Source of the DNA: Eledone cirrhosa
Taxonomy: Eukaryota
Length of the DNA stretch: 64,000 nucleotides
Direction of reading: 5' to 3'
NCBI GenBank assembly: GCA_964016885.1
Contig: OZ024740.1
Location: forward strand, 61,008,001 to 61,072,000
The position numbers were made by a program, and so were the translations under genes. Position 1 is the stretch's first letter, and each line of letters begins with the position of its first letter. The notes below the pieces were generated by a model. That model saw only the letters and a program-made list of their open reading frames with translations, searched no databases and had not been told where the DNA came from. Shown piece by piece: positions 1 to 12,754 of the stretch.

Positions 1-661
1 CACCGTTTTTTTCAATTTTTTTCGGGGCCCCAAGAAAGTGGGGGCCCTAAGCTATAGCTTGTTTAACTTATACGTAAATCCCACTCTGGTTAAAGTTGAT
101 ACAATTTCATGTAAAAACCCCGTCATCACGTCTTGTAATGTCTTATTTCTTGTACGCCCTTGTGACAAATAAAGAAACATATCTATCTATCTACCTACAT
201 ATCTATATATGTTTAACGAGATCTAGTTGTCGTCTGTTCGATAGCGTAGACGTAATTCACTTCGCGCAGAAGTTTTGTTCCAATTTATTGCGGAAATTTT
301 GTAAGTTTAATTTTAATTTTGATACTATTGTGTAGCTTGACCCCCCCCCCCCCCGTCTGAACTGTCAGGCGGTGGGTCAGCTCATTTTCGCCCCTCCCAG
401 GGGTGAAAAACCTGTTTTTTTAAATTTTGTTGCATAAAATTTCAATCGTCTGGGAGAAATGTTAAACGAAGCTAACGAAAATAGTGGTGGGGGGACAGCG
501 GTAAGAGTTGTAAGCTCGCACGCTTTAGTCCCCCCCCCCCTTCCTTCCCAACTAACGTCATAGAGAAGGAAAGAAAAAATAAAAGAAAAACAGACGAATG
601 TGCGGAGAAAAATGTCGACGAGGACACAAATCTGGAGATTGATTCCAACAACAAAAAAAAT

Positions 662-2374
662 ATGAAAGAATTGCATGACAATATTAATACCACAAACAAA
701 GAAACAACAAACACAAAAATAACATTTGAAAACAGCAACATCATAACAGAAAGCAAAACAGACGACAAAGTTAACACCAATAACATCTCATTTGCACAAA
801 CAACAAAAAAATCTTTAACATACATACCTGAAAATATTTCAGATGTGGCACAAAGAATAAAAAACGCCAAACAATTCATAACTCAAGGGGAAAATGGAGC
901 CTTGTCAGTAAAAATGCCCCAAGAACTCACCAAAGATATTGAAAGTCGGACGGTCGTTTTCCGCACCATCAACAGCATCTCAAAAAACCCACAACAACCA
1001 ACACAAGCAGAAACTAAAGCGGTACTTAGAGAAGTACTTAATGAAGCCACTTTCATAAGAAGAGACAGGCTGTATGGAAGCCTAGCCATTATTATGAAGA
1101 ACGAATCGACGGCAAAAAAATATGCTTTGTCGCCGATTCGTTCGACAAATTTTACCTTTTATCCATCTTATATGGGTAAAAGAACTCAGCGCATATGGCT
1201 GGATGCGATGATGCTAGATATGGACTACTGCTGGCTCATAGCTGGCTTCATCGATCCAGCGAATGACAACGTGATTTCCATTGGGAAAACCACAGGCAAT
1301 GCGTTCAGTGGAACAGGTATAGAACTTGTAGTGTAAATGAAGCCTGAACGCATTGCCCACATACCCGACAGAATCCTATTAGAGGGCCACGGGTATATAA
1401 ACATTAGCGTGGAGGGGAGAAGGCCGTCCTGTCATATCTGTGCAGGTAGAGGGCACCTGAAGGCGGCTTGTCCCCAACTCAACAAGAAGAAAACCCTGCT
1501 ACCAACACCAGCTCCACCACCACCACAACAGATAAACAAACAACAAAACTCAGTCCCACCCAACCCGTCCCTCAGTAAAACTACACCACCACCACAGCAC
1601 AAACAGACACAACATATTACCCCAAAACAAAACACAGTCCCACCCAACCCCTCACTCAATAAAACAACACAACCACCGCAGCCACAACACACAACACAGT
1701 CTAACATAGTGACATCCATCTCCCCCACAAAGAAAACTAACACGGAAACATTACCAGCAAACATACCTCTTCCCTCCAACACTGAAGATAACCCAACGAA
1801 TTCGGAGGAAGAAACGGGGTCCTTCAGACAGATTAAAAGGAAAAAAAGAAAACATGTGCAAAACACACAAGGTCAAACAGCCCCTACCCAAATGTCAACA
1901 CAATCCAACAAAACACAAAACACCCCTCCAGCAACAAACAAAACCAAACCTACTCCTCCCCTCTTCGAAACACTCACACCATCCGAAAAAAAGACATTAC
2001 ACTATACTTACATCAACAGAAACAATAATAAATTAAATGAACTCATAAACAATAACCCTTCGGTACAAACCGAAGGGGTAAACTTTGTTTCTTCAGAAAA
2101 CTACCCACATTTAAAATTAATAAAGATCCCAATGAACCTCTACCAAAAACTAAAAAAGGATTTTAAGGAGGACGTAGGACTACCCTCTGTCAAACCCATA
2201 AACCGCGTCCTCCTAAAAAGCTTTCCCCCTCCCCTTCCCCTCCCCAACACAACTCCAAACACCCCAACCCCACCACACACTGACGACGCCACACCACCAC
2301 AAGACACCCCTTCACCCAACACCCCCGACCCCATGGAAGTCGTGCGACCCGAACCCCGGGAAGCAGAAAGGTAG
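662..2374 (+). pseudogene. Tx1-like ORF1 (gag-like) with one in-frame stop
   Basis: ORFs 662-1336 and 1337-2374 are in the same frame, split by TAA at 1334-1336. CX2CX4HX4C knuckle CHICAGRGHLKAAC is followed by a P/Q/T-rich tail and a basic KRKKRK patch. Confidence 0.85.
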
Positions 2375-2407
2375 GTCTCTACACTCTCCTTTGGCTTTGT
2401 CGCCCAC

Positions 2408-5400
2408 ATGGATGTGTTAAGAGTAGGATGTTTGAATGCACGTGGCCTGGGCTCAACTTGGAAGCAAGCAAAGCTTCTAAATGACCTCGGGTCACGTGGT
2501 ATAAATGTAATGGTTATCTGTGAGACTCGGATCAGCGTCGTGCGGCAGCTGGCCCCTACCTTCGATGACTTTGAGGTGCACGCATCTCTCTGTCAATCTG
2601 GAGGTGGGGTGGGGTTGTCGTACTGCTGGAAAAACACCTGGGTCTCGCCGTACAGGTTGTTCACTCGGACCCGGAAGGTCGTTTGTTGGTGCTAGACGTT
2701 GGCAGTAGTGGAGGTGCGGCCTTGAGACTGGTCGCCGTCTACTCCCCTTTCGGAGCTGAACGACCCGACTTCTTCCAGCGTCTGGAGACTTTTCTGGGAA
2801 CGTCGCGTTCCCTGCTTCTAGCGGGGGACTGGAATGACATCCTAGATGCACGTTGGGACTATGCAGGAGCATGTCCTAATAGAGGGGGTGTAACAGCCTC
2901 AAGGGGTTACTCGACCGTTTTAACTCAATAGATATCGACTAGATTTTCCAACTGTGCCAACCTGGACTTGGACGAACCACAGTGGTCAATCTAGATCGTA
3001 CTTAGATAGATTCTTAGTTAGAAGTAAGGATAGGGACATATTAAGCTGTCCAGAAATGCTCACGGTTGGCTATACAGATCACAAATTAGTGACCTGCGTA
3101 GTCAACCTTGAGAGAACACATAGACAGGGTCCCGGTTACTGGAAACTTAATTTGTCTTTACCGGCAAAAGAGGCTTACAGAGACCGAATTAGCAGATTAG
3201 TTAAGGAGAGGTTGACGGATGCAATCGTCAACAACCGATGGTGGGCATCTCTCAAAAGAGAGATTAGAACAGAATCAATAAGTTATAGCAAGATGTTAGC
3301 TGCCGATAGGAATAGGAACGAGAAAGAATTAACAGGTAAATTAGAAGAGGCAATCAAGAGCGAAGATGTGGCCAGAATTCTGGCATCGAGGACGGCCTTG
3401 AGCCAGTTTTTCGATGCAAAGAACGAAGGCTGCGTCATTCGAAGTAAAATACGTGCTCTGGGTAATGAGGGGGCTAAAGCCGTTGGCTGGGCCCGCGTGC
3501 AGAAGCTAAGAGTGGAAATCGATCCACCATCCGGTCTTTGCAAGACGAGGATGGACGGGTGATCCAGGAACCTAAGCAGATGTGCGAGGCCTTTCAAAGG
3601 CACTTTGCCCGATTCTTCGGGGGAGGCGGGGGTCCGGGCGAGGACGTGGATTTCGGTCCATACCTCGATGGCCTGCCGCATCTCTCGAGCAAAGAGGCAG
3701 AGCCCTGCGAGGGACCAATCTCGGCTGATGAGATCAGGGATGCGCTGAGCCAATGCAGCAGACGCAAATCTCCAGGTCTCGATAGTATACCTTACGAACT
3801 TTATTTGGCAATGCCGGTCTTCTTCTCCGAACTCCTCGAAGCAGTCTACTGCAATTGGTAGCAGAACGGGAGAATTCCTTGTTCTGTAGCCAAGGGCGTA
3901 GTCTCGCTGGTGAGGAAGGACGAGAACAAGGGGGATAGTATAAATAATTTTCGGCCCATAACCCTGCTAAACACAGAGTTAAAGATTTTGGCCAAGGTGT
4001 TAGCAAAGAGGTTGGCGCTTGTCGTGGGTAGCCTGGTGGGAGATGCGCAGACATGTGCTATCCCATCCAGGTCCATTCACGACAACCTCCACCTCATGCG
4101 ATACATCATAGAGAGGGTTGGCAACAAACCCGGCTTCGGTGGGGCCCTGATCAACTTGGATCAGTCTAAGGCGTTCGATAGGGTCGACCATGGTTACCTG
4201 GATGCGGTGCTAGCGGCGGCTGGGTTCGGTCCTGTTTTCAGAGGCCGGATCACTGCCTTACATAGCAACCACATCTGTTCTAGGATCAAGGTGAACGGCT
4301 ACCTTTCGAAGCCGTTCGAAATCACACGATCCATTCGACAGGGGTGCCCTCTCTCCTCCCTTCTGTACGTATTGACTCTCGAGCCTTTACTGAGGAAGTT
4401 GGAGTTGTTGCAGGGTATCCCCCTGGAACCAGGATTGAGCAAAGCGGTGTCGGCCTACGCCGATGACGTAACAGTAATGGTATCGACCAACTCGGAGATT
4501 GAGGCGATCGGCACCTTACTGGAGGAATACGAAAGGTTGTCAGGAGCGAAACTGAACCGGGAAAAATCCATCGGGCTGCAACTCGGAACGTGGAGAGGCA
4601 GACCGATGCCTCCCGACGGTGTCGTCGAACACTGGACGGAGGGCCCGGTGAAGTTGCTTGGGGTCTGGTTTGGACCGGACCTCCAGGTGGAAAAGAACTG
4701 GGGCGAGGTTACGAGCAAGGTGTTTGCACTGACCCAGAAATGGGCCAAGTGTAAGCTGTCCCTGAAAGGTCGGGCGGAGGTGGCGAACATTTACATAGCG
4801 TCCGTCACCTACTACCGCCTGACTGTCGTGCTTTGCCCTAAGGAAACACTCACTACCATGGAACGCATGCTCTTTCAATTTCTTTGGAAAAAGGGCCCTC
4901 CTATGGTGAGAAGATCCATCTGCTGCCAACAACCTTCGAAAGGAGGGCTGGGGATGCCGTGGTTGATGATGCGTAGGCACGCATTAAGGCTACGGCACCT
5001 ACAGGTATTCCTCACTGGTCAACCGGTGTGGGCTCCATTCGTGAGACGAGCCTTTCTGAGACTCGTCTCGCTCACCGAGCTGCAGTCCTGGGTCAAGCAA
5101 AGATCCGGAAAACTGGGCGACTGGCACACTGAGTGTGCCCAGGCGCTCAGGGAGAATCCACCTCATCATTCTATAGAGGGCTGGTGGCTAGCAGGGGCGA
5201 TGACACCCTTGGAGAGTCGCTGGACATGGAAAAGGACGAACTGGCCAGCCTGTTCGGTAGGACTTTCGGCCCGGGACCAATGGACAACTTCCAGAAGTCA
5301 CTGGCCTGGCAGTGCTACCGGGGGGCTCTACCCATTCGCGAAAAGCTCTACAGACACGGGCACCCGGGCAGGGATCCCTCGAAAAAGATTTGCCCTAGAT

Positions 5401-5807
5401 GCGTGCGTCACGAAGAAACCGTTGCGCACGCATTGGTGCAATGTCCGGGCGTGGCTGATCTGTGGGGCTACGCCAAACGACTGCTGTCGCGGGTGGCGCC
5501 GATTCGATTGACCGCTGAGTCCGTGATGACAATCAAGCCGCCTCCCCTCTTCACAAAGGAAGCAAAGGCGGTTTTTCTGTGCGTAATAACCATGTTGAAA
5601 GAGGTTGTTTGGTGGACACGATTGAAAGGTCTGAGGTCAGGCAACTTCCTCTCTGACCATAGTCTGGTCTACTTCTTCTGATATCACTTCGGAAGAAGGA
5701 TAAGAATGGAGAGAGAGGTGCTTGGCCACAGGCAGTTTTATGAAAGGTGGGTGATAGTGGCGAGAATGGCTCGTGTAAATGGGCCTTCTCTGTATACCAT
5801 CCTGTAG
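2408..5807 (+). pseudogene. Tx1-like ORF2: AP endonuclease, reverse transcriptase, C-terminal CCHC; frameshifted
   Basis: APE motifs CLNARG, VYSP, GDWN, SYLDRF, TDHK; RT motifs FRPITLLN, KAFDRV, RQGCPLS, YADD; C-terminal CPRC..ETVAHALVQC. Several frameshifts plus stops at 3859-3861 and 5679-5681; terminal TAG ends at 5807. Confidence 0.92.
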
Positions 5808-6068
5808 GTAAAGAAGTGAAGGAGAGGGGAGCACCTTCTCCATGAGCTCCCCGGGCAAAGGATTGCACATTTTTTCGGGGGTGTGTGCAACCCCCATCAC
5901 GTCCCCTCCCTTTTGAGGTTGTTTTTGATTATTTTCATTTCATACCCTTTTTACTCGGTTTTATGTAAATTCCCCCTTTCTATTTGTCCCTTCTTTTTAT
6001 ACCTTTATGGTAAATAAAGAAATATATCTATGTATGTTTAACGAAGGGTATAAATGAGAAGTTAGATG

Positions 6069-6497
6069 TGTAGCAAGAGTTGCCTCCCTTGTTATGACAA
6101 TCACATCATCGCTCTCTAGACAGGAAGTAGCTGGAGTTACTTCCCGTTGGGGTGGCAGAACCCTTTTTGTCACTTCCGTCCAGAGACCCTATAAAAGGGA
6201 CAGGTCAGGGCGATCTCACTCTCTCGCCTCCTGAATCCCAAAGTGTTAACAACACCTGCGACCTTGTCATGAGATGACTCCTGTCTCATTTCCTTCGCCA
6301 TCAAGAAGAAGAATTCCTGCCTCATTTCCTTCGCCACTCAAGAAGAATGCCACCGGCAGCCTAAGAAAATGTTAACACCTTCAAGAGAAGATCTCTGTTC
6401 TTCTCCACACACTTCAGCCTAGGAGTTGTGACCAACGGGTAACCATTTATTTATATTAATCCATTTGACTTTTGTGAAGTAAAACCTTGTCACAACA
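6069..6497 (+). mobile_element. Possible solo LTR
   Basis: Starts TGTAG, has a TATA box CTATAAAAGGG at ~6190 followed by a CT-rich tract, and ends near TCACAACA. No TSD or partner LTR found; boundaries uncertain. Confidence 0.35.
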
Positions 6498-6888
6498 CAC
6501 ACTAGCATTTATTGTCATTTCTGATAATGCATATATGTACACCGATACTAATCTCCTAAAGATGGTTCTATGTAGTTATTAGAAATGATATGATAATAAC
6601 AAAGTTGTTAGAGGAAATAACATGAATAATAAGAATAGGTGTAATAACGAGAATATAAAGAATAAATGATTTGGTTGATATATGGTTTACTTCACGTGAA
6701 TCAATTAAAAAGTACATATAAAAAAGTCACCAAGACTTGTTCATTTTGTTATTGTTGTTGATGTGAAAACAGCGAGCAAACAGATAATGTTGTTGTTGTT
6801 ATTTGGAGTCCGTGGTAGTAATTCTGAGACCGTAGTGAGTGAGAGAGAGAGTAATGGTTTGTATACCTCTGAATAGTCTGTAATTGGT

Positions 6889-7190
6889 TGTAGACCACTG
6901 TGGCTTGTACATGGTCTGTAGTAGTAGGGCTCCAATCTCTCTGTGTGTATCTATAGACCTCATGGAGTCTGTTGATAGTGGTGAATCTTTCACATAGCTT
7001 GTTCTGTAGTGGGGTGCTCCGATGTCTCTATTTCTGTAGACCACTGGGATCTGTTGATAGCAGTGAATCCTTACATAGTTAGTTGCTAGCATAATGCTCC
7101 AATGTCTCTGGCTGTAGACCACCGGGGTCTATTGATAGCAGTGAATCCTTACATAGTTTGTTATATAGGTGTAATGCTCCGATGTATCTC
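6889..7190. repeat. Degenerate ~80-bp tandem repeat, about 4 units, within a possible minus-strand LTR (~6737-7340)
   Basis: Recurring TGTAGACCAC...GTTGATAGCAGTGAATCCTTACATAG...GCTCC(A/G)ATGTCTCT. Confidence 0.7.
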
Positions 7191-8153
7191 CTGAAGTAGG
7201 ATGGTACAGGGTCTATATATAGCTGTCACTTCCTGTCTCCCACCTTGAGGGGATAGTCAACACATTAACCTGTCTACACCAAAAGGGTGTTGACCTAGAA
7301 TTTGACCTTTAGGTGTCACCCAAGGTTCAAGGCACGGACAGATTTCGCTATATATGTATCTATCTATCAATCTATCTACCTAACCTGGGAAAAAAAGTAT
7401 TATACAACTCGCTTACCTTTAAAAAAACAAACAAATAGCCTAAGAGCTTGTGAAAATTCTAAAACGTAATGAAATGGTATTTTATGTTTATAAAATTTAA
7501 CATAATATTATCATCATCGGTTTATGTCCACTTTACACTTGGCATGGATTGGAGAGATTTATCGCTGTCTGAGACAAGACAGGCCAGGAAGCATATCTTG
7601 CTCATACAGTCTGTATTTTTGGCATGGTTTCTATGGCTGAACGTTTTTCTTAATGCCACGACTTTGCAGAGTGTACTGGGTGCATTTAATCAGAGCACCA
7701 GCACTACCACTTTACAGAGTTGGTTGGGTGCATTTTATCAGGGCACCAACACTACTAATGATTTCTAATTTAGGGAGCGAGGCCAGAAATTTAGGAGGAA
7801 GCCAAACGTCCATTAAACTGGGCCCAGTACTTAACTGATATTTTATTTTATTGAACCTAGAATTATTATAGGCAATGTTCACCTCAGCAGGATTTGTACT
7901 CAGAACATAAAGAGTCAAGACAAAACTGTATGTTGTGTGATGCTGCCTTTTAAAGTTTAACTGTGATGGTTTACTGGTTTAGGGTGTTTGTCGCAATCAT
8001 GAATTCAATTCCTGCGGCATCCCATGTCCTTGAGCAAGTCACTTTATTTCATGTTGTTCCACTCCTCTCAGCTGGCAAAAATTTGTTTTACATGTGATTG
8101 AAAAGGTAGCTTTGTTGCACACTGTGAGATGCCAAATCTCATTGAGAACTGCA

Positions 8154-8377
8154 TTAACCCTTTAGCATTTAAACCGACCATATCCTGCCAGAATTCTCTC
8201 ACCTCTTTCTGTTTAAACTGGCTGTAACTGGCCACTCATACTGATGTTAAGGTATTGTTCTTAAAATAAATAATATCAAAATTTCATAGATTCGATATTA
8301 TGCGAGATAATTATAAAAAGCCTTTCCCATGAAAATATAATAGTAAATATAGAGCAATATAAATGCTAAAGGGTTAA
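8154..8377. mobile_element. piggyBac-like MITE
   Basis: TTAA-CCCTTTAGCATTTA ... TAAATGCTAAAGGG-TTAA. Related copies at 41003-41220, 41370-41575 and 59032-59236. Confidence 0.8.
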
Positions 8378-8889
8378 ATGTACTCATGTCTATGGAATTC
8401 TCAGTCACTTAGACGTTAATTTCATGAGCAAGGTGGTTCCACTGATTAAACAATTGGAGCATTCATTGTTGGAACTGACAGAGGCACACACAAAATTGAT
8501 CATTACAATTGTGGAGCTGCCAAAAAGAGATTACTGGAAGTTGGGGGATGTCTTACCAAAAGCGAAGGATGATTGACATCACATCAGGGTCCAAGTGAAG
8601 GAGCGAGAAAGAGTTTCTGTCATCTTTAGTTGGACGTAAGTCACGTGGATGTTAGCACAGTGGTCTGGATTAATGTGGAGATGCAAGGTAGGTCCATTCC
8701 ATTTCAAACTACAAGCTTTTTGGTGCTCTTTTTACTCCTGGCACCCTTATTTTCGGCAATGTTTTTTTCTTTTCCTTCTCGTGTTGTTATTTACTTCCTA
8801 CAATCTTGTAGCCAATATGGCTTTGGCAAAAATGAGAATGGGTAGTGAGGCAATCAAAGCCTTCAACAGCAAGGAAGATATCATCGCCT

Positions 8890-9450
8890 GGATGAGAAAG
8901 TTCAGATTGTAATGGTCAGATCCAGCAATCAGCTGAATCCATCATGAAGATTGTCCCACCGTCCTCCTTTAACCAAGAAGGGCAGGCAAGAGGTTGTGTG
9001 GTGGACGCATCTGAAAGAGTTGAAGATGGGCCCTTCCCCCTTGGTTGATGCTCTCACTAACTTTTTCAGGTTTCACCTGAAAAGGAAAATTAGGGTGGAG
9101 AGGGAAATGCTGCCTTGCAGCCAGTTTGTTGAAAGGTGGTTAAGAGAGGCAAGAAATGCCCGTGTGAATGGGCCTGCTCTGAGCGTGTGCCTGTAGTACT
9201 GTAGGAGGAAAACTAGGAGAGAGTGCTTGACCTAGCAGTCAGGGTGACTGTAGCTTTTGTGGGCTTTCTCCACAAGAAACCCTTGGTCATCTCCCACACC
9301 TATTGGGGATTTTTCCTTTGTTTCCATTTTTTTGTTACATCTTTTGTTTTTGTTTCCTTTTTTTTACTCACAGAAACCCATTTTTACACCGTCCTGTGCT
9401 GTCCTTAATGTATTTTTTGTAAACCATTTGTGGTTAATAGAGAAATCATC
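8890..9450 (+). mobile_element. 5'-truncated 3' end of a Tx1-like LINE
   Basis: EVVWWTHLKEL...FFRFHLKRKIRVERE...ARVNGP matches the C-terminus of the element at 5600-5807; T-rich 3'UTR follows. Confidence 0.8.
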
Positions 9451-9959
9451 ATCATTATTGTTTATTATTATTATTTTAAGGACATGACCAGGAGAAATTA
9501 ACAAAGAAAATAGAGAAACATCATGAGGAGTTTCATCAGTAGCAATTGAGAACAGAATGTAAATTGAATAAATTATTTAAAAAAGAACAGCTTACCAACA
9601 GATTATGTGATTTTAAAGTTAACAGTATTGCTTTCCATATTGTCTGACTGGTTCTCTTGAATTGCCTAGTATCTCTAGGGATGTTAATGCTGGTTCTGAC
9701 TCTGCTTTGCATTATTCCTTGCTGATGTAGTAAATCCTTCATTTCTATAGATATGTTTTGAACTCTTCTATCATTGTGGATGGCAGTAATATGGGGACAG
9801 TTTTTAATTGATAGTGATAATTGATAATTAGGTATGTTTCATATCACCCTTGCTAAAATAAGAATGTTGAGATAGGTACTTTCCAGTAGGGAATGAGGGG
9901 TTGGTGCAGAAATAAAAAAGTGAAATGAGTTGAACTGATTCATCAATCGTTTTGTTTCA

Positions 9960-10285
9960 TTTTACGTCCGCTTTTCCCTGCTTGCAAGGGTGGGACGGGA
10001 ACTGATTCTGGCTTTATTTCTACAGCTGGATGCCCTTCCTAACACCAACCTCATTTACAGTGAGTGCTGGGTGCTTTTTTTCTGTGGCACCTCCACGACC
10101 ACTTTGCAGTGGAATGATAGGGGCCCCAGTCCCTATCATCTCATTTCTACAGCTGAGTAAACTGGAGCAATCTGAAATAAAGTGTCTTGCTCAAGGAAAC
10201 AACACATCACCCGGTCTGAGAATTGAACTGACAACCTATCGATTGCAAGGCCAATGCTCTAACCACTAAGCCATGTGCCTCCAAT
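9960..10285 (-). mobile_element. tRNA/CORE-type SINE with RTE-like tail
   Basis: Near-identical copy at ~48990-49315. A-box-like TGGCTTAGTGG and CORE-like CCTTGAGCAAGACACTTTA on the minus strand. Confidence 0.7.
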
Positions 10286-10389
10286 GTGAAATAAATTACC
10301 TTATTTAAATTTATTTACATGTCACAACAAAATATATATATCTGTCTTTTACGAAAGGACTTAAAAATACCAGATAGCACCTTCATCCT

Positions 10390-10724
10390 TCATTTCTCCC
10401 AAATCCATACCAAACTAGAGTTAATTCCATTGTTCTCCAGTTTCGAGCTGGCCGTTAATTCATATTCTGCAACTTTTTGGAAGTTCATTTTATTGAGATA
10501 CTGATGAGATTCTGAACGACCTGGGTCACCAATTAAAACTAATGTGCTTTTTGGTAAAGTCTTCAACCAATTACTAACACTTGCTGAAAGATTCATATCA
10601 TACAGCATGTCACCAAGGAGCACAATGTCTGTATGCAATGTCTTTTGGTGAAATAAGTTTCTAATGTCTGTGTTTACAATAACATTATTTAATGCAGAAT
10701 TCACTCTGATGGCAGCAATTGCCA
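10390..10724 (-). CDS. ETFBKMT: ETF-beta lysine methyltransferase, exon 3 (last)
   Basis: Acceptor tcctttccag, phase 1. Encodes VAIAAIRVNSALNNV...DIVLLGDMLYD...VLIGDPGR...AEYEL...ENNG; TGA at 10390-10392. Confidence 0.93.
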
Positions 10725-11936
10725 CTGGAAAGGAATAAATTAGAAGAGATTAGTAAATGAATTTAAAAATTATATAGTAATATAGATATAAAAAAAATTA
10801 ATATTGAAATATAGAATATTTGATAAATATTTAATAAAATGTTTTTTAACATCATAATCATCATCATCATCGTTTAACGTCCATTTTCCACTCTAGCATG
10901 GGCGGGATGGGCTGTCCCTTTGGGAGAGATCAGGTTGGAGGACCGTGTTTCACTCACACAGGGCTGATTTTGGCTTGGTTTCTACAGCTTGATGCCCTTC
11001 CTAATGCCAATCACATTTACAGTGTGTCGAAAAGTAAAGCAAGGACATATTGGACAATATAGTCCTGCATACCTCATAAAAGACAGGATATTCACAGCTG
11101 GAATGCCCCTGATCATAGCTCTGCTCAATCATGGCCATGAAGCCAAAACTAATAAGAGTAGAAGTCACTGTGCAGCTGCTTGAACTGCTAAAAATAGGAG
11201 CAAAATCTTCCTCAAATTACACCCTACCTTCCTAAAATGGGAAATACACATTCAAAAAGTTGATCCTGGATAAAAGCTGGAAGATATTTGATAAGTCTGA
11301 TGTATCAGAGCAGATCTGGTGCTAAACAACTGCAGACACCATGAAAGTATTCTGCTTTCCATTGCAAATATCAGCAGCCTTGTATATCATTGAGGGGGTT
11401 TGTTATCTTGGAATTTTTTTTTCATATAAAATTCATTCATAGGCCTGGAGAAGGCAAAGCTAAAACATTTCAATGTAGCTTTCTTTTAATCCTTCTATAA
11501 AGATGAAGAGTAGATTAGAAGAGGGAAGCTTTGGTTACAGAAGAAAGAAAACATTAGAAATAATGTAATAGTATTATGAAAAGATGAAAATTATAACTCA
11601 TCTTGGACAGTTTCTATTGAGTACCACAATAAAAAATAAAATATATCAATGAAGCAATACATATACTATAAACTTCAGTCAGTGGATTGGCAGAACTGTT
11701 AGAGCATCGGATGAAATGCTTTGCAGCATTTAGTCCTTTAATGTCTCAAGAAAGAATTGCTGGACAAATTTTACAGGCAAAACGTTTATTTTCATGGGCA
11801 TTATGGGTAGGAGAGTTGTTAAAAATAAATGATCTGAGTTAAATCTAATCAAATGTTAACACAGCTGAGGACGACGGCAATAAAGATTAATAAAATTATT
11901 GTGGATGTAAAAATATTGACAAGTGAACAGTATTAC

Positions 11937-12067
11937 CTGGATCTATGTCATTTGCAATAACATGAGATGCTCCTAGCAGCTTGCTCACAATAGCTAATGC
12001 TCCACATCCACTGCCCAAATCAAGCACTGAGCGACATTTGATGATTTCACTGTTATCCAGTAAAAAT
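11937..12067 (-). CDS. ETFBKMT: ETF-beta lysine methyltransferase, exon 2 (131 bp, not in the ORF track)
   Basis: cttccag acceptor and gtaata donor. Encodes (R)FLLDNSEIIKCRSVLDLGSGCGALAIVSKLLGASHVIANDIDP with SAM-binding motif I. Phases 2 and 1 match the flanking exons. Confidence 0.93.
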
Positions 12068-12143
12068 CTGGAAGCAATTATATGTAGTTAATATTCAATG
12101 AATTTTGAGATTCAAAGAATTGACAGAACTTTACATAGTTTTT

Positions 12144-12199
<56 letters not shown>

Positions 12200-12203
<4 letters not shown>

Positions 12204-12750
12204 AATTAAATAATGAAGAAATATATATCTTTACACAAGTATAGATACATATAAAGACGTCCAACCGATACCAAGTTTTGTTCTATGAAAGCTTAATATA
12301 ATTATATCTGGGAAAAGCAAACAAAATAAGAAAAAGATCTTTACTTACTCACTTTAATGTCTCTACTGTAGTTTCATTGAGAAAAATAACAATACTCTGA
12401 GTATTGTGAGAAATCTAATATCATCAGGAGACTTTTCTCAGTCAAGAAAGAAAATTCAAGACAGAAAAATTCTTCTTTGTTTTCAGTGAAAGTTTCAAAT
12501 GGAAGAACTATGATGTGATTGGCTATGAACAGGAGAGTAATAAGGTGAACATTGGTAGGTAGCGTGCTGCTATAAAAAGCAGTTCGATTCGGCCAAATTT
12601 TGACTCTACCATAGGGGAGTGTATTACAAATTAAATGAAGAAATATATATATCTTTACACAAACTCGGAGTATTGTTATTTTCTCAATGAAACTACAGTA
12701 AGGACATTAAAGTAAGAAAGTAAAGATTTTTTTCTTATCTTGTTTGCTTT
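12200..12750 (-). mobile_element. Penelope-like element terminal-repeat relic with partial inverted copy
   Basis: 12305-12402 is inverted at 12663-12750; a direct repeat ATGAAGAAATATATATCTTTACACAA occurs at ~12213 and ~12635. Contains a hammerhead motif and abuts (TA)n. Confidence 0.65.
12359..12432 (-). ncRNA. Type I hammerhead ribozyme motif
   Basis: Minus strand reads GTCTC-CTGATGA-T-[long stem II with ACAATACT/AGTATTGT]-GAAAC-TACA-GTA-GAGAC; stem I is GTCTC/GAGAC. Confidence 0.7.
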
Positions 12751-12754
12751 TCCC

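Larger units (their letters stand above)
220..6023 (+). mobile_element. Full-length L1-clade (Tx1-like) non-LTR retrotransposon, disrupted
   Basis: 5'UTR, ORF1 with zinc knuckle, ORF2 with APE-RT-CCHC, T-rich 3'UTR ending AATAAAGAAAT. Flanked by a 21-bp direct repeat, ATATCTATATATGTTTAACGA (199-219) and ATATCTATGTATGTTTAACGA (6024-6044), with one mismatch. Confidence 0.92.

Noticed and set aside
1334-1339. TAA immediately followed by ATG in ORF1, suggesting stop-restart translation
   Set aside because: Both halves are in the same frame and the element has many other lesions; a single nonsense mutation is simpler.
10030-10269. 79-aa ORF nearly identical to 49062-49301
   Set aside because: Both are antisense readings of the same SINE family.
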